The notes beneath the pieces were generated by a model. It made no database searches. It was not told the origin of the DNA and saw nothing but the letters and a program-made list of their open reading frames with translations. A DNA stretch of 64,000 nucleotides from contig NW_024704742.1 in assembly GCF_018977255.1 (NCBI RefSeq), positions 33,048,001-33,112,000 of the forward strand, given 5' to 3'. A program made the position numbers and the translations under genes. Shown here piece by piece: positions 1 to 10,352 of this stretch. The DNA comes from Callorhinchus milii (taxonomy: Eukaryota). How positions within the stretch are numbered: position 1 is the first letter of the stretch; each line of letters opens with the position of its first letter.

Positions 1-2859
1 ACTTACACACGTAATGAGGCAAGTTAGTTCATTTGACTTAATCTACAAATAGCTCCAGTGTATTCGGTTTAGGGAACAAGCTGGGAATCAACAGTAGGGT
101 CTGAGTAGTGTTAGCCCTCAAATAATAAATCAGAGTTTAGATAATAATAATAATTCTTGCATGTACAGTGCCAAGGAAGAATCTTTGCACATTACAATCC
201 TGTCAATATGAGCTTTCGACAACATTTACTAAGTACATGCAACATAAGGTTAGACTTGTCTTTTGGTGTTTGTACAATCAGCATCCCTTCAAAATATGCT
301 TAAATCATTAAGCTTTGTTTTATTTGAGTGCAAAGTCCTTTTTCCTCATTGAATCATTTGACTAGTATATGCATATACTCTCCACATTTATAGACAGAAC
401 AATCACTTACATCATTTTCACTGGTTTGAAAACAAAGCTCCAAAGCAGCTTGATGGATGAGTAAATTGCTAAGCAAATACTACACGTCTGTACCATACAT
501 GTGTAAATGAATAATAACATCAGACAAGAAGATCAATCTTTGTTATATTTTAAGTACAGCAGCTCCCTAGGTTAGTAAACAGTGGGCATTATTCTCCACA
601 TGTCGGTGAATATTTTCTTCTTGTCCATAAACACCTGGATGTAAAGGCATTTTCTCTCTATTAGCGCACATCACTAAGGTTGATAAATGGTACCCACAAG
701 TGTAAGAACACTCAATTCCTTATGGAATTTACCACAGAATACAAAGGTACAGGATTGACCAATGGGTGTTTTAACAAGTCACTCAGTGTATGCAGAACAG
801 TGATTGAAATAATAAACCAATAGAATTAGTATCTTAATAGGAAGATTTCAAAAGAACCAAGGGGATTTGTAATTTACATCAATATTTCCAGCGAGTATTA
901 AACCACACTGGTCCTGCTGTTTTCAATACCACTATTGGAGAATTTGAGTTTACAGCCATCAAGTGTTGATTTACTCTTTCAGCAAAGAAATTAATTATTA
1001 TTTGCTTGGGAGGTTAAAAGGATACGTGTACACTGAAATGAACAAAAAATCTATGGACACATTCTTTCTGTGCTGTGAGAGTCTAGGGACAGAATACTAT
1101 CTGTGGAGAGAGGAAAGTCAACACATTGAATAGTGGAGAAGTGAGGAAGGTTGATTATTCCAGTGTTTTTTCTTGACTATATTTGAAAAACACAGAATAA
1201 TGTAGAACTTCTCCCCAGGAAGCAGAATCCGCAATTGAGTAGGATTTAAAGAACTTTGGAGGAAATGGCTAGATGGTTGAGTAGACTTTTCTCATTCCAC
1301 TGTTTCTTATAATTGCCAAAATAGCAAGGTAATAACCTCCACACTGTCACCAGGGGGAGGTGCTGAGCAAAAGCCAGGCATTCTCTGCAGCAAGAGAGAA
1401 AATTGGAGGATCATTCAAAGAAGTGATTCAGATCAATGTTGGCAGAGGCCTGGAAGCAAGTTTCCTGGATTTGGCTGCTGAACAAAGTCTGATGAATCTA
1501 AGAGATGGAGAGAGAATAAAATCAAATTTTAACCACAGGGTGAAAGATGAACAGTATTGGAAACAAATACAGTAAATTATTTACTTCCCTTTAATCTGAT
1601 ATTGTGCACATTTCTATTTCTGCTAGAAATCAATTATTCTTCAGACTGTGTGTGTACTGTTGGAATTTTTATTGTTTCGTGCAAAATAATTGGTGTTCAT
1701 GGGGTGGGGGGCCTAATATGTTACATGACCATCAGTGTGACAACTGGAGTCTAATCCAAGCTTCAGTGTCCCCTATCACCATTTAACATTTTAAGGCTTG
1801 TTTTAATCTCTTCGAGCTTTCTTCAGTTAGTCACAGAGGACTTTTATTGCATCCTTATTGAATACAGTACTATACTTGTTTTTATTTTCCACACATCTCT
1901 AAAAGTTTTTTTTACTTATGTTGACATTTTCATGAGGTTGGAGTGGAGTTGGGAGGTGGGGGGGAGAAGAGTCACAGAGTCATTGATGCTTGGGGGCCAG
2001 TGCTAATGTTAATGCAGGTGGATGCATATTTTAGTATAGATATATCCAATTTTCCAGGTGCTAGGAGCTGAGTAATCTGATCAGAAATCTTGCTGCAGCT
2101 CAGATGTCGAGACTATCTTGAGGAGGTGCATTTTTTGAGGTGTATGTATTCCAATACAATAAACATAGCAACTGGCATTTATGCAGTACATTCACATCAC
2201 AGAACATCTCAAAGCACTTGACAAATTTGGTGACGCTTACCAAGCAGTGAAAGATTTAACAATGTTGAACAAAAGCACAGGCAAAGACAGGCTTTTTTGG
2301 GACATATTTGAAGGTGGGGAGTGATGTTGCAAGGTGAGGTCATTTGAAGTCTTCAAGGTGATGAAGGAATGGATGGGGCTCATCATTACGTTAATGTGCT
2401 GTCACCTTAAAAGGCCAAGGCAAACTGAATCATTGTGATAACTGAGTATGGATCCAGTGTTAAAGCCAAATTCAGTCTGTTTCTTTTGCTTCAGATAAGT
2501 AAAATCAATTTTTGCTCTGCTAAATTGCAATCTTCTTTACCACAGGATTAAAGCAGTCGTATTTTCAAAGGTATACAGACTGCTTCAAGCTGCTGTTCAT
2601 CAAATATCTTCATGGCAGGCACCAGAAAGTAATTATTTACCCAGAGGGTTACTAACAACTGGAACTTGTTACTAGTAAGGGTCATTGAAAAAACCCCATT
2701 TCACTGGAGTCATTTAATAATCAGCTTGATGCTGATACTTGATGCTCATGGGAGAACAGTTGGGTGGATATTCTGGAAGGATGAGATCAAATGGGTCAAA
2801 GGGTCTTCTTTAACCAATCCTTTATTTTGATCTTGGGATGTTAGAGCTATATTTGTTCT

Positions 2860-3200
2860 GATTGACTCCTTGTCTGACATGAAGTCCTGGATGAGCATTA
2901 ACTTTCTGCAGCTGAATGTCAATAAGACTGAATCTATTTTATTTGGTTCCCAACAGAACCTACCTACATGAAAGTGCTCTGATTCCATCAATCTCGCTGG
3001 CTGTTCGCTCATACTGAACTAGCTGGTGCACAACCTTGGCATTCTGCTCGACCCTGAGCTGAGTTTCAAACCTAACATCTGGTCCGTTGCCAAGACTGTC
3101 ATCTCCCACCTCTGGAACATTGTTTGCATATATCCATGCATCACACTGCTAATATCACCGTGATAATAGATTTTTCCAATACTACTCTTGCAAGCATTTT
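2860..3200 (+). mobile_element. Old L2 ORF2 fragment
   Basis: Encodes an LSDMKSWMSINFLQLNVNKTESILFG-like segment followed by NLGILLD. Confidence 0.7.
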
Positions 3201-3400
3201 AATAACATTATAAAAAAAACTAATAAGTCACATTGCTTTCCAATGTTGAGTGGTAAATTGTACTACAAGAAGTGATATTGTATTGCTTCCAGTGGTATAA
3301 ACAGGCCCATCACGGTGCACTGTGAACTTTAGGCCAATGATAGATCTTAGAAAAGAGAAGGAGGCCAGAATCAAATCCATGGGAAAACACACTACTCCCA

Positions 3401-3723
3401 AATAATAATAAATAATAACAATGCTTGAATTTGATATAGTGCATTTTCAAATCTTCGAGACATCTCAAAGGCTTCACAGGATATACTGTAAAGTGAATTG
3501 ATTGTATCTTTTCTAGGTGAAACACGACAGCCAGTTGCACACAGCAGTGTTCCACAAACAGTCATGGTTTGAGTGACCAAATTATTATTCTTTTTTAAAA
3601 GGGATTATTACACCTGGAAAAGCGATCCGCCAATAGACTAACACCGGGTTCCTATTTACTGCTAGGTAAACAGAGGCGTGTGGAGTAAGGAAACTTTCCC
3701 AACATTTCACCCTGCCGGGAATC
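3401..3723 (-). mobile_element. tRNA-Ala-like SINE (family A), long form, head truncated
   Basis: Homologous to 38279-38649, with an (AAT)n tail on the + strand. Confidence 0.85.
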
Positions 3724-3984
3724 TGCTGAACTGTTGGAAAGTTGCCATGCAGTATGTTGTTTCATTTTCAATAAGCTTTACTTTGAGTGCCTAACCATGC
3801 AATAAATAGCCGTGCAACTAGTGTCCTGTGCACTTCATTATTAGAAATGAAGCATGGCAGGCTAGAGGTGCTGCTATTTCAATAAACCTTCAAAACGTTC
3901 CTCATTGGGGCAACCTTTCATTAAAGATTACTTTCATTCATCAAAATATATTTTAGCTTTCCCCAGCAACGTTCTTCCCTCCTC

Positions 3985-4225
3985 TTCCAAAGATAGGTAC
4001 AGTTCCACATTTGCTGGTTGTCTTCCAGTATCTCACCCGAGTGATTAATCGTATGTGAGCTCAACAATGAGAGTCAGTAGCTGCTTGACCTTTGGTTGAG
4101 ACAGCTAAGCCTGAACTAGCCTTCAGCTGATAAACATATGTACGTACTTTGCAACAGGGGCCACTTAATACTAGTAAGGAGTGGGAACCCTCACTGATTT
4201 ATTCCCATTCTTAGCCTAGTATTTA
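3985..4225 (-). mobile_element. AmnSINE2-like ancient SINE relic
   Basis: The minus strand has AAATCAG..AGGGTTCCCACTCC and GTGGAACTGTACC; similar to 5665-5945. Name from memory of the consensus. Confidence 0.5.
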
Positions 4226-4237
4226 AGAAACATTAAG

Positions 4238-5250
4238 GTGTCTGACTCAATTGGCAGCATTTTCACCCTTACATACATATATGAATGTAATTTTGTTGTC
4301 ATTGTGATCATGGTCTAGGCTGATACTCCAATGCAATGATGGGGGAAGTGCCATATTGCTGGCATAATTGCTGAACTGATCCTGAAGCTTTTTCTCTGAT
4401 TTGCATTAAATCTGTATTGTCGGAGGTGCTGTGTTTCAGATGAGATGTTCAATTGACATCTTGTCTGCCTGTTCAGGTGGACGTTAAAGACCTGGCATTA
4501 CAATTTCAAAAGTGAGGGGAGTTTCTCCTGGTAAACAGGTCAACAATCCTCCAGTTAAATCACCTCCTGATTGTTTGCAGGACAACCCTATGTGTAAATT
4601 GGCTTCTGCACTTGCCTACAAATACAACAACAAAAAAATTACATTTATAGAGCCCCTTTCACGTTGGGAGGACGTTCCAAAGTGCTGAACAGTCAGGTGT
4701 TGGGGCCTGAGCATGCGGGAGGGGTGGGGTAGGGGTGAGGGAAGGCAGAGAGATGGGAGGGTGACCAAAGCCACGATCGAAGAGAAGGGTCTTGAGACTG
4801 GCCTTGAAGGAGGCAAAGGAAGAAGCGAGGCAAAGGGACTGTGGGATGGAGTTCCAGAGTGTGGGGACAGAAAGGCTGAAAGCCCGGCCATCAATGGTAG
4901 GGTGGTCGGGCGGGAGACATGGAGCAGACTGGAGCCCGCTGAATGGAGGGAGCGGGCAGGTTGGTAGAGAGTCAGCAGTCAGAGAAGTAAGTAGGAGGGG
5001 ACAAGGCCATGGATGGCCTTAAAAATGAGGACGAGGATCTTGAATTCGCTCCTCTGGGGGATGGGGGGGCCAGTGGAGTCGGGCGAGAGTGGGAGTGATG
5101 GGGTCATGGAGCCTGGTGCGTGAGAGTACACAAGCTGCAGAGTTTGGGATGATCTGCAGCTTGTGAAGGGAAGAGTTGGGAATACACAGTCACCCCACAA
5201 CAGTAATTAATGTGAAGTGCTTTAAGACATTTCAACGTGATAAGGTATTA
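4238..5250 (+). mobile_element. Deu-domain SINE split by an L2 (pieces 4238-4626 and 5181-5250)
   Basis: Deu core at 4418-4550. AATACA is repeated at 4621-4626 and 5181-5186. Confidence 0.75.
4627..5180 (-). mobile_element. L2 LINE 3' fragment
   Basis: PQRSEFKILVLIFKAIHGLVPSYL (ORF2 C-terminus), stem-loop tail and (TTG)n. Close match to 19165-19722. Confidence 0.9.
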
Positions 5251-5664
5251 TTTTGTAAACAAGGTTGAAAGTCATTAAAACATAGCAGATGCCATTCAGC
5301 ACATTGAGCCTGTTTCACAGCTTTATTAGTATTCCATATCATGCCTGATCTTGAAATCTCATTTTTGTATCTTTAATCTTGTTCTCCAAGTATCTACCTA
5401 TTCCTCTTTTAAACAACCCAATCAATTCTGCATCTATGGCTTTTTGGAGCAATGTATTTCATATTTTACAACTCCTTGTGTGAATTTTTTTTCTGATCTC
5501 ACTTTCAATCAGTCTAAATGTAGAGCTTTGTAATTCTTATCCAGCATAGATCATAAAAAAAATCTAAGACCATTAGAGTCTGGTATATCTTAGTTTCACA
5601 ACTAGAGAGCTATATTTTAATAATTATTTTCTCATTATAAACTGTCTTCAATTTTCTCTCCTTG

Positions 5665-5945
5665 TCTCCTGAAGACAATTGGTTCCTTGTTCTTTCTGCT
5701 GGGGTACAATTCCACTGGCCCAGACATTATCCAATACTTCAACTAAGTGATCATGTATGAGGCTAGATGTTGTTGGAAAATGATATGGGACACAACCATT
5801 CCTCACCCTGTCTTCATCCAATGTTCTGATCATGATCAGGAGCAGAAACTTTGGCTGATTTTCTGTTCTGTTCTCCAACTGCTGCCTTGGCTGAGATCAG
5901 CTAATCGTCATATTCTAGTTTGCATGGCAGTGCCTTTGGCAGCTA
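5665..5945 (-). mobile_element. AmnSINE2-like ancient SINE relic
   Basis: The minus strand has TTAGCTGATCTCAGCCAAGGCAGCAGT, AAAATCAGCCAAAGTTTCTGCTCCTGATC and GTGGAATTGTACCCCAGCA. Confidence 0.55.
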
Positions 5946-6397
5946 GCCCAGTGCAGATATGATGGACCTGTGTGTTAAACATTCTGCGATTCTATGATTT
6001 ACCTTTCCAGTATTTTGGTCACAAATTGTTTTAAAAAGTGTATTAAAGCAATGTTGATGGACGCAACAAATCACTCAAACAATCTTGTTTGTGTATACTT
6101 TATTTGACAGTATGTTGTCACTGCACTATCTTTGAACTTTTGGATTTGCATTAAATCTGGTTTTGGTTATCTGTGGTTTAAGTTTCCATTTCCTTTTTTT
6201 CATTGATCACATGCACTTTTCTCTAAGTATATTTTTCACAGTTTTTAAATCGAAGAGTATGGTTTCCTCTGTTCCTCTTTTTTCCATTGTCTCCCAGTTC
6301 CATGCTCTTCCTTCCTGGGCTGAAAAACAACAGTGATTGAGAAAGTAGGCAGATAGGTGACCAACCCCCCAAGGCCTTTGTCATTAAAACTCAGAAC

Positions 6398-6416
6398 TGG
6401 CCACTAGGAGGTGCAT
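6398..6416 (+). promoter_or_regulatory. Candidate CTCF site, forward
   Basis: TGGCCACTAGGAGGTGCAT resembles the core TGGCCACCAGGGGGCGCTA. Confidence 0.45.
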
Positions 6417-7039
6417 AGAACCAACCTGGGTGATGATTCTCTGACTTGTTTTTCATTCCTTTGAAAAACACATGGCTTTCTCTCACTGCCGTTGTGGAGA
6501 CCCTGTAAGTGTTAAAGAATCTCTTGTAGAAGATAGAGAAGTGAAACTACATTCAGTCTTTGCCAAAGGGCTGCAATTAGCACTCCTGTAGTTGATGAAT
6601 ACAATATGCATTTGTGGTCATTCGCCTCCAAATATGCAGTCACTTCCCTTTACAATATATCCTGTGAAGCGCTTTGAGACGACTTCCTGACACGAAAGCC
6701 ACTGTATAAAATGTAAGGATTATAATTATTATTATATTAACAAGGTCACTCGGCTCACATTGTTAGCAATTCTGCAGCCAAGTGTCAGAGGGCCATTATA
6801 ATCATTTAGAATTGCACACCATCTGTATTACTTATTTTAACATAAAATCTATTAACCAAAACCATTCAGCCCATCAAAACCGTTTATTTCACAGACCATG
6901 ATGCATCTACCGTACTATAAATTCCATCTCACCCATTCCTGGGGAAAACTTTAAGAATCCTCAAAAATAATCAAGCAAAGATCCAGATAATTCATCCATC
7001 CCATGTCTCCACTATTCAGCCTTGGCTTGCTGCCCACCA

Positions 7040-7303
7040 ATGTCTGCCTGTTTAAAGATCGCATAGCACTACTCAAAATGAGGAGGGAGTTTCTCTCGAT
7101 GTCTTTCGCCTGGTGTCCTCGGGTAAAAATAAAGTGGGCATTTACTTTATTGGCTGTCTTGGTGGGAAACTGATGTGCACAGATGGGCTGCTGTATTCGC
7201 CTACAAATATACAGTCACTGCACTTTACAATAAATCATATGAAGCGCTTTGAGACGTCCACCTGACCTGAAAAGTGCTATGCCAAATGCAAGGGTTATTT
7301 TTA
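7040..7303 (+). mobile_element. Deu-domain SINE, 3' half
   Basis: GTCTGCCTGTTT...AAAGATC...GGGAGTTTCTC followed by the shared tail. Confidence 0.7.
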
Positions 7304-8037
7304 TCCCAGCCCCTGGCCCTGCTCCCTGTGTGGAACTGAAACGGGCGAAAGGTTACAGTCCTACCTACTGACACTGGTGGAATGCTGTGATCTTGAAGAG
7401 AATAAAAAAATCTTCTGAATCTGAGTGCTTTTCGGGCACGATGTACATTTTGTTTCTCTGCCTGCAGTTTCCACTATTGGGATCCCTCTTTGTTCTTTTT
7501 AAGATATAATGTCCTCCAATTTGAAATGTAAATGCTGCAATATATGGCGTACCACTGGCGGAGGACAATCCCCATGGCAGTGGTGCCTTGCCAGCAAATA
7601 AATAGCCCCTGACAGCAAAATGTCATTGTAATATACATTTGCAGTGGAAGACGGTAAAATAGCACATTATCCATCTCGACTAAAAATACATGTTTGCGTC
7701 AGTATCGAGATATGAGCAAAGCAGCTAAGCACACAGACCTACAGGAATGGGGGAAAGATTTTCTGACGCTCGAGATTGTAAAATAACACATTAACCCCCA
7801 CATCTCTTTTACCAAAAAAAATGATAATTTGATTTGCACCAGTATTGAGACAAGAGCAACACAGCTAAGCGCACAGATTTACTGGAATTGGGAGGATGGG
7901 GGGGTGGGGTGGGGGGTAAGTTTCCTGTGTTTATTTACATCTGAACAGGGTTCTAACGCTTGGGGTTTTTCGTTTTAAATGTATTTTGAGATGCAATGTC
8001 TAAGAAAAAAAAACAAGGCTGGGCTTTGCTGGGTGCT

Positions 8038-8045
8038 TGACGTCA
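8038..8045. promoter_or_regulatory. Palindromic CRE (TGACGTCA)
   Basis: Exact CREB/ATF consensus about 970 nt upstream of the ATG. Confidence 0.6.
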
Positions 8046-8129
8046 GTGGCCAAGCTCCTTCCCCCCCCCACCCCCACACCCCATCCCCACACCCCCTCCC
8101 CCAGTGGTAAGCTGGTTTGGGGGAGGGTT

Positions 8130-8139
8130 TATCGCGAGA
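8130..8139. promoter_or_regulatory. CGCG element / BANP-type motif (TATCGCGAGA)
   Basis: Fits TMTCGCGANR, a motif typical of CpG-island promoters close to the TSS. Confidence 0.55.
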
Positions 8140-8377
8140 TGTGCAGAGACACAGGAGCTGGGGCTTTCAGTATCTCATTTCCCTGTTAGTGGAAAGGCTG
8201 AGGAGTGAGTTAGTGAGTGAGTGAGTCGGTCACACACAGTCAGGCTGTTGCTTTACACCAGAGGAAGAGGGACACACACCAACCACAAGAGGACAGAGAC
8301 TGAGAGCAGGACAGGACAGGCACAGGGTCACACTCACACACACACACCACACACATTGCTTGCATTGCTGGAGAGAG

Positions 8378-8402
8378 CAGCAGCAGCAACAGCAGCAGCA
8401 GC
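8378..8402 (+). repeat. (CAG)n microsatellite with one CAA interruption
   Basis: cagcagcagcaacagcagcagcagc. Confidence 0.9.
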
Positions 8403-8497
8403 TTCAGATCTGCTGTGGTGTTGCTCAGGGGTTGGATTGACTGGTTGAGACGAGAGGGGGGAATCGTTTTCAGGCTGTCACACAACCTGCAGTGAGG

Positions 8498-8615
8498 ACA
8501 CACACAGACACACACACAGAGACACACACACACACACAGTCTCACACACACACACAGACAGAGACACAGTCACACACACACACACACACACATAGACACA
8601 TACACGGTCACACAC
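8498..8615 (+). repeat. Interrupted (CA)n microsatellite
   Basis: CA runs broken by GA/GT. Confidence 0.9.
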
Positions 8616-8971
8616 GGATTGACTGACTGGGGACAAGGAGCACAGCCAGACGACCCCCACCCCCCACCACCCCCCTCCTCCCCACCCCACCACCTCCCCC
8701 CCCCCCCCCAGCACTGTCCAGCTCTGCCCATTGCACACACACACACTCACACCTGTAGTGAGAGAGAGAGGGAGGGAGGGGGGGGGGGGGGGGGGGTGTG
8801 GAGAGAAGACAGTATAATAGCAGACACGGTGCTGCTGCTGCTGCAGCCCCACAGCCGAGCATTGCCCGAGGTGCCCGGGGCGGCTGCCGTGCACCAGCGA
8901 GCGGGGCAGTGGCTGAGCTCCCGAGTCGGTGCTGTGCTCAGAGCGAGGAAGGCGAGAGCGAGGAGGAGGAG

Positions 8972-9002
8972 GGCGGCGGCGGCGGCGGCAGCGGCGGCAG
9001 CG
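8972..9002 (+). repeat. (GGC)n tract abutting the start codon
   Basis: ggcggcggcggcggcggcagcggcggcagcg, then accaccATG. Confidence 0.9.
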
Positions 9003-9008
9003 ACCACC

Positions 9009-9070
9009 ATGGCTTCCACCACCTGCACCAGGTTCACTGACGAGTATCAGCTCTTCGAGGAACTCGGAAA
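9009..9070 (+). CDS. CAMK2D: CaMKII delta, coding exon 1 (MASTTCTRFTDEYQLFEELG + AA of Lys)
   Basis: ATG at 9009 in strong Kozak context (ACCACCATGG). Translation matches the CaMKII N-terminus. Phase-2 donor AA|GTACGG at 9071. MAST..., LFEELGK and the exon-2 RRCMKI are delta-type residues, unlike gamma or beta. Confidence 0.95.
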
Positions 9071-9167
9071 GTACGGCTACAAAGTGGCAGCACCTCTGAG
9101 CTGAGTGACATGGGCTGTGTTTGATGTGTCAGTCCAACAACATGTTGCAATGTGTTTGATTTCCTTA

Positions 9168-9488
9168 ACCCCCCCTCAACCCCAACCCCTCAACCCCCCC
9201 AACCCCTCACCCCCCCAACCCCTCACCCCCCTCAACCCCCCCACCCCAACCCCTCAACCCCCTCAACCCTCACCCCCCTCAACCCCCCCAACCCCTCAAC
9301 CCCACCCCTCAACCCCCCAACCCCTCACCCCCCCCCCCTCACCCCCCCCAACCCCTCACCCCCCCAACCCCTCACCCCCCAACCCTCACCCCCCCTCAAC
9401 CCCCCCAACCCCTCAACCCCAACCCCTCAACCCCAACCCCTCAAACCCCAACCCCTCAACCCCAACCCCTCAAACCCCAACCCCCAAC
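9168..9488 (+). repeat. C-rich minisatellite (ACCCCTCA/ACCCCCCA/ACCCCA variants)
   Basis: About 320 nt made only of C, A and T, built from 6-9 nt units. Confidence 0.9.
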
Positions 9489-9644
9489 TGAATGAAAGCT
9501 TCTGCTCAACTGGCACTGAGAGCCGGGGATCCCAGCAGCTGCCATGGTCTGTGTGTGTGTGTGTGTCTGTGTGACTGAGTGTTTGTTTGTGTCTCCCTTT
9601 TCCATGTATTTAACACAACAACAAGTCAGGGATACATTTCATCA

Positions 9645-9783
9645 TAATAATAATAATAATAATAATCATCATCAGAATGATCCTCGCGTTCGACACCGCG
9701 CCTGATCAAGTCCTCCGGACATCTCGAGCGCTTCGCCGGATGCACCGTCAAGTGAATTTGACCGCGTCGGTTTGTGGGCGAAA
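9645..9783 (-). mobile_element. SINE 3' tail fragment, strongly GC-shifted
   Basis: An (AAT)n tail plus about 104 nt that align collinearly to the SINE tail at 48495-48595 and 33203-33305. Confidence 0.8.
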
Positions 9784-10257
9784 TTTAACGCCCGCTCCCG
9801 GGGGGGGGGGTGGGGGGGCGTCCGATCCTGCAAACTGCCCGGTCAAGTTTACGTATTGATTTGCAAGTACAGTTCGCGCGTTGTTGCCGATTTTTGTTTG
9901 GCTGCCGGAGTGTATTGTGTTGTAAACATGGGTTTTCTTTAATCACGGTATCCTATGAAATCCAGTCCTTGTGATTTTTTTGGGGGGGCGGGCGGCGGGC
10001 GGGGGGGTTGACTCTCTTTGTTGTTAGTGAGGCTGTTTTAATGTTTGGAAAATGTGTTTTGAATATTAACCGAGCACCCCTGCTACCACCATCACTGCAC
10101 GAGCAAATAGCTTGGTTGTCCGTCAGTTGGACCTAAGCAGCATTGTAATTTATTAGGATCTTAAGTTACCCAACTCTGGACAGGTTTTTTGCTCTGAGAC
10201 GACTTCCAATTGCCAGTTGTTGTTGTTGATTTGAGCGTATTGTTGCGTTGCTTTCAG

Positions 10258-10352
10258 GGGAGCATTCTCGGTGGTGAGGAGGTGCATGAAGATCTCGACA
10301 GGTCAGGAATATGCTGCCAAAATCATCAACACCAAGAAACTGTCTGCCAGGG
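10258..10352 (+). CDS. CAMK2D: CaMKII delta, coding exon 2 ([32 protein letters not shown] + G of Asp)
   Basis: Acceptor ctttcAG at 10256-10257 and donor G|GTGGGT at 10353. The 95-nt exon is phase-compatible with exon 1, completes the GKGAFS glycine loop and carries the YAAK catalytic lysine. Confidence 0.96.

Larger units (their letters stand above)
8000..10010 (+). promoter_or_regulatory. GC/CpG-rich promoter, 5'UTR and start of intron 1
   Basis: CpG density is clearly higher than in the flanks (mainly 8850-9080 and 9680-10005). There is no ATG from 8142 to 9008. The TSS cannot be placed from sequence alone. Confidence 0.75.
9071..10257 (+). other. CAMK2D: CAMK2D intron 1 (1187 nt, GT-AG)
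   Basis: Lies between the two phase-matched exons. Confidence 0.93.

Noticed and set aside
1..2600. 3' end of a neighbouring gene
   Set aside because: No coding signal recognised; AT-rich DNA with decayed repeats.
9071..9104. YGYKVAAPLS continuation of exon 1
   Set aside because: Read-through past the GT donor; the kinase continues in exon 2.
9168..9488. Interstitial telomere or CRISPR-like array
   Set aside because: No (CCCTAA)n units and no unique spacers.
9105..9574. Proline-rich ORFs (128 and 140 aa)
   Set aside because: They are translations of the C-rich minisatellite inside intron 1.
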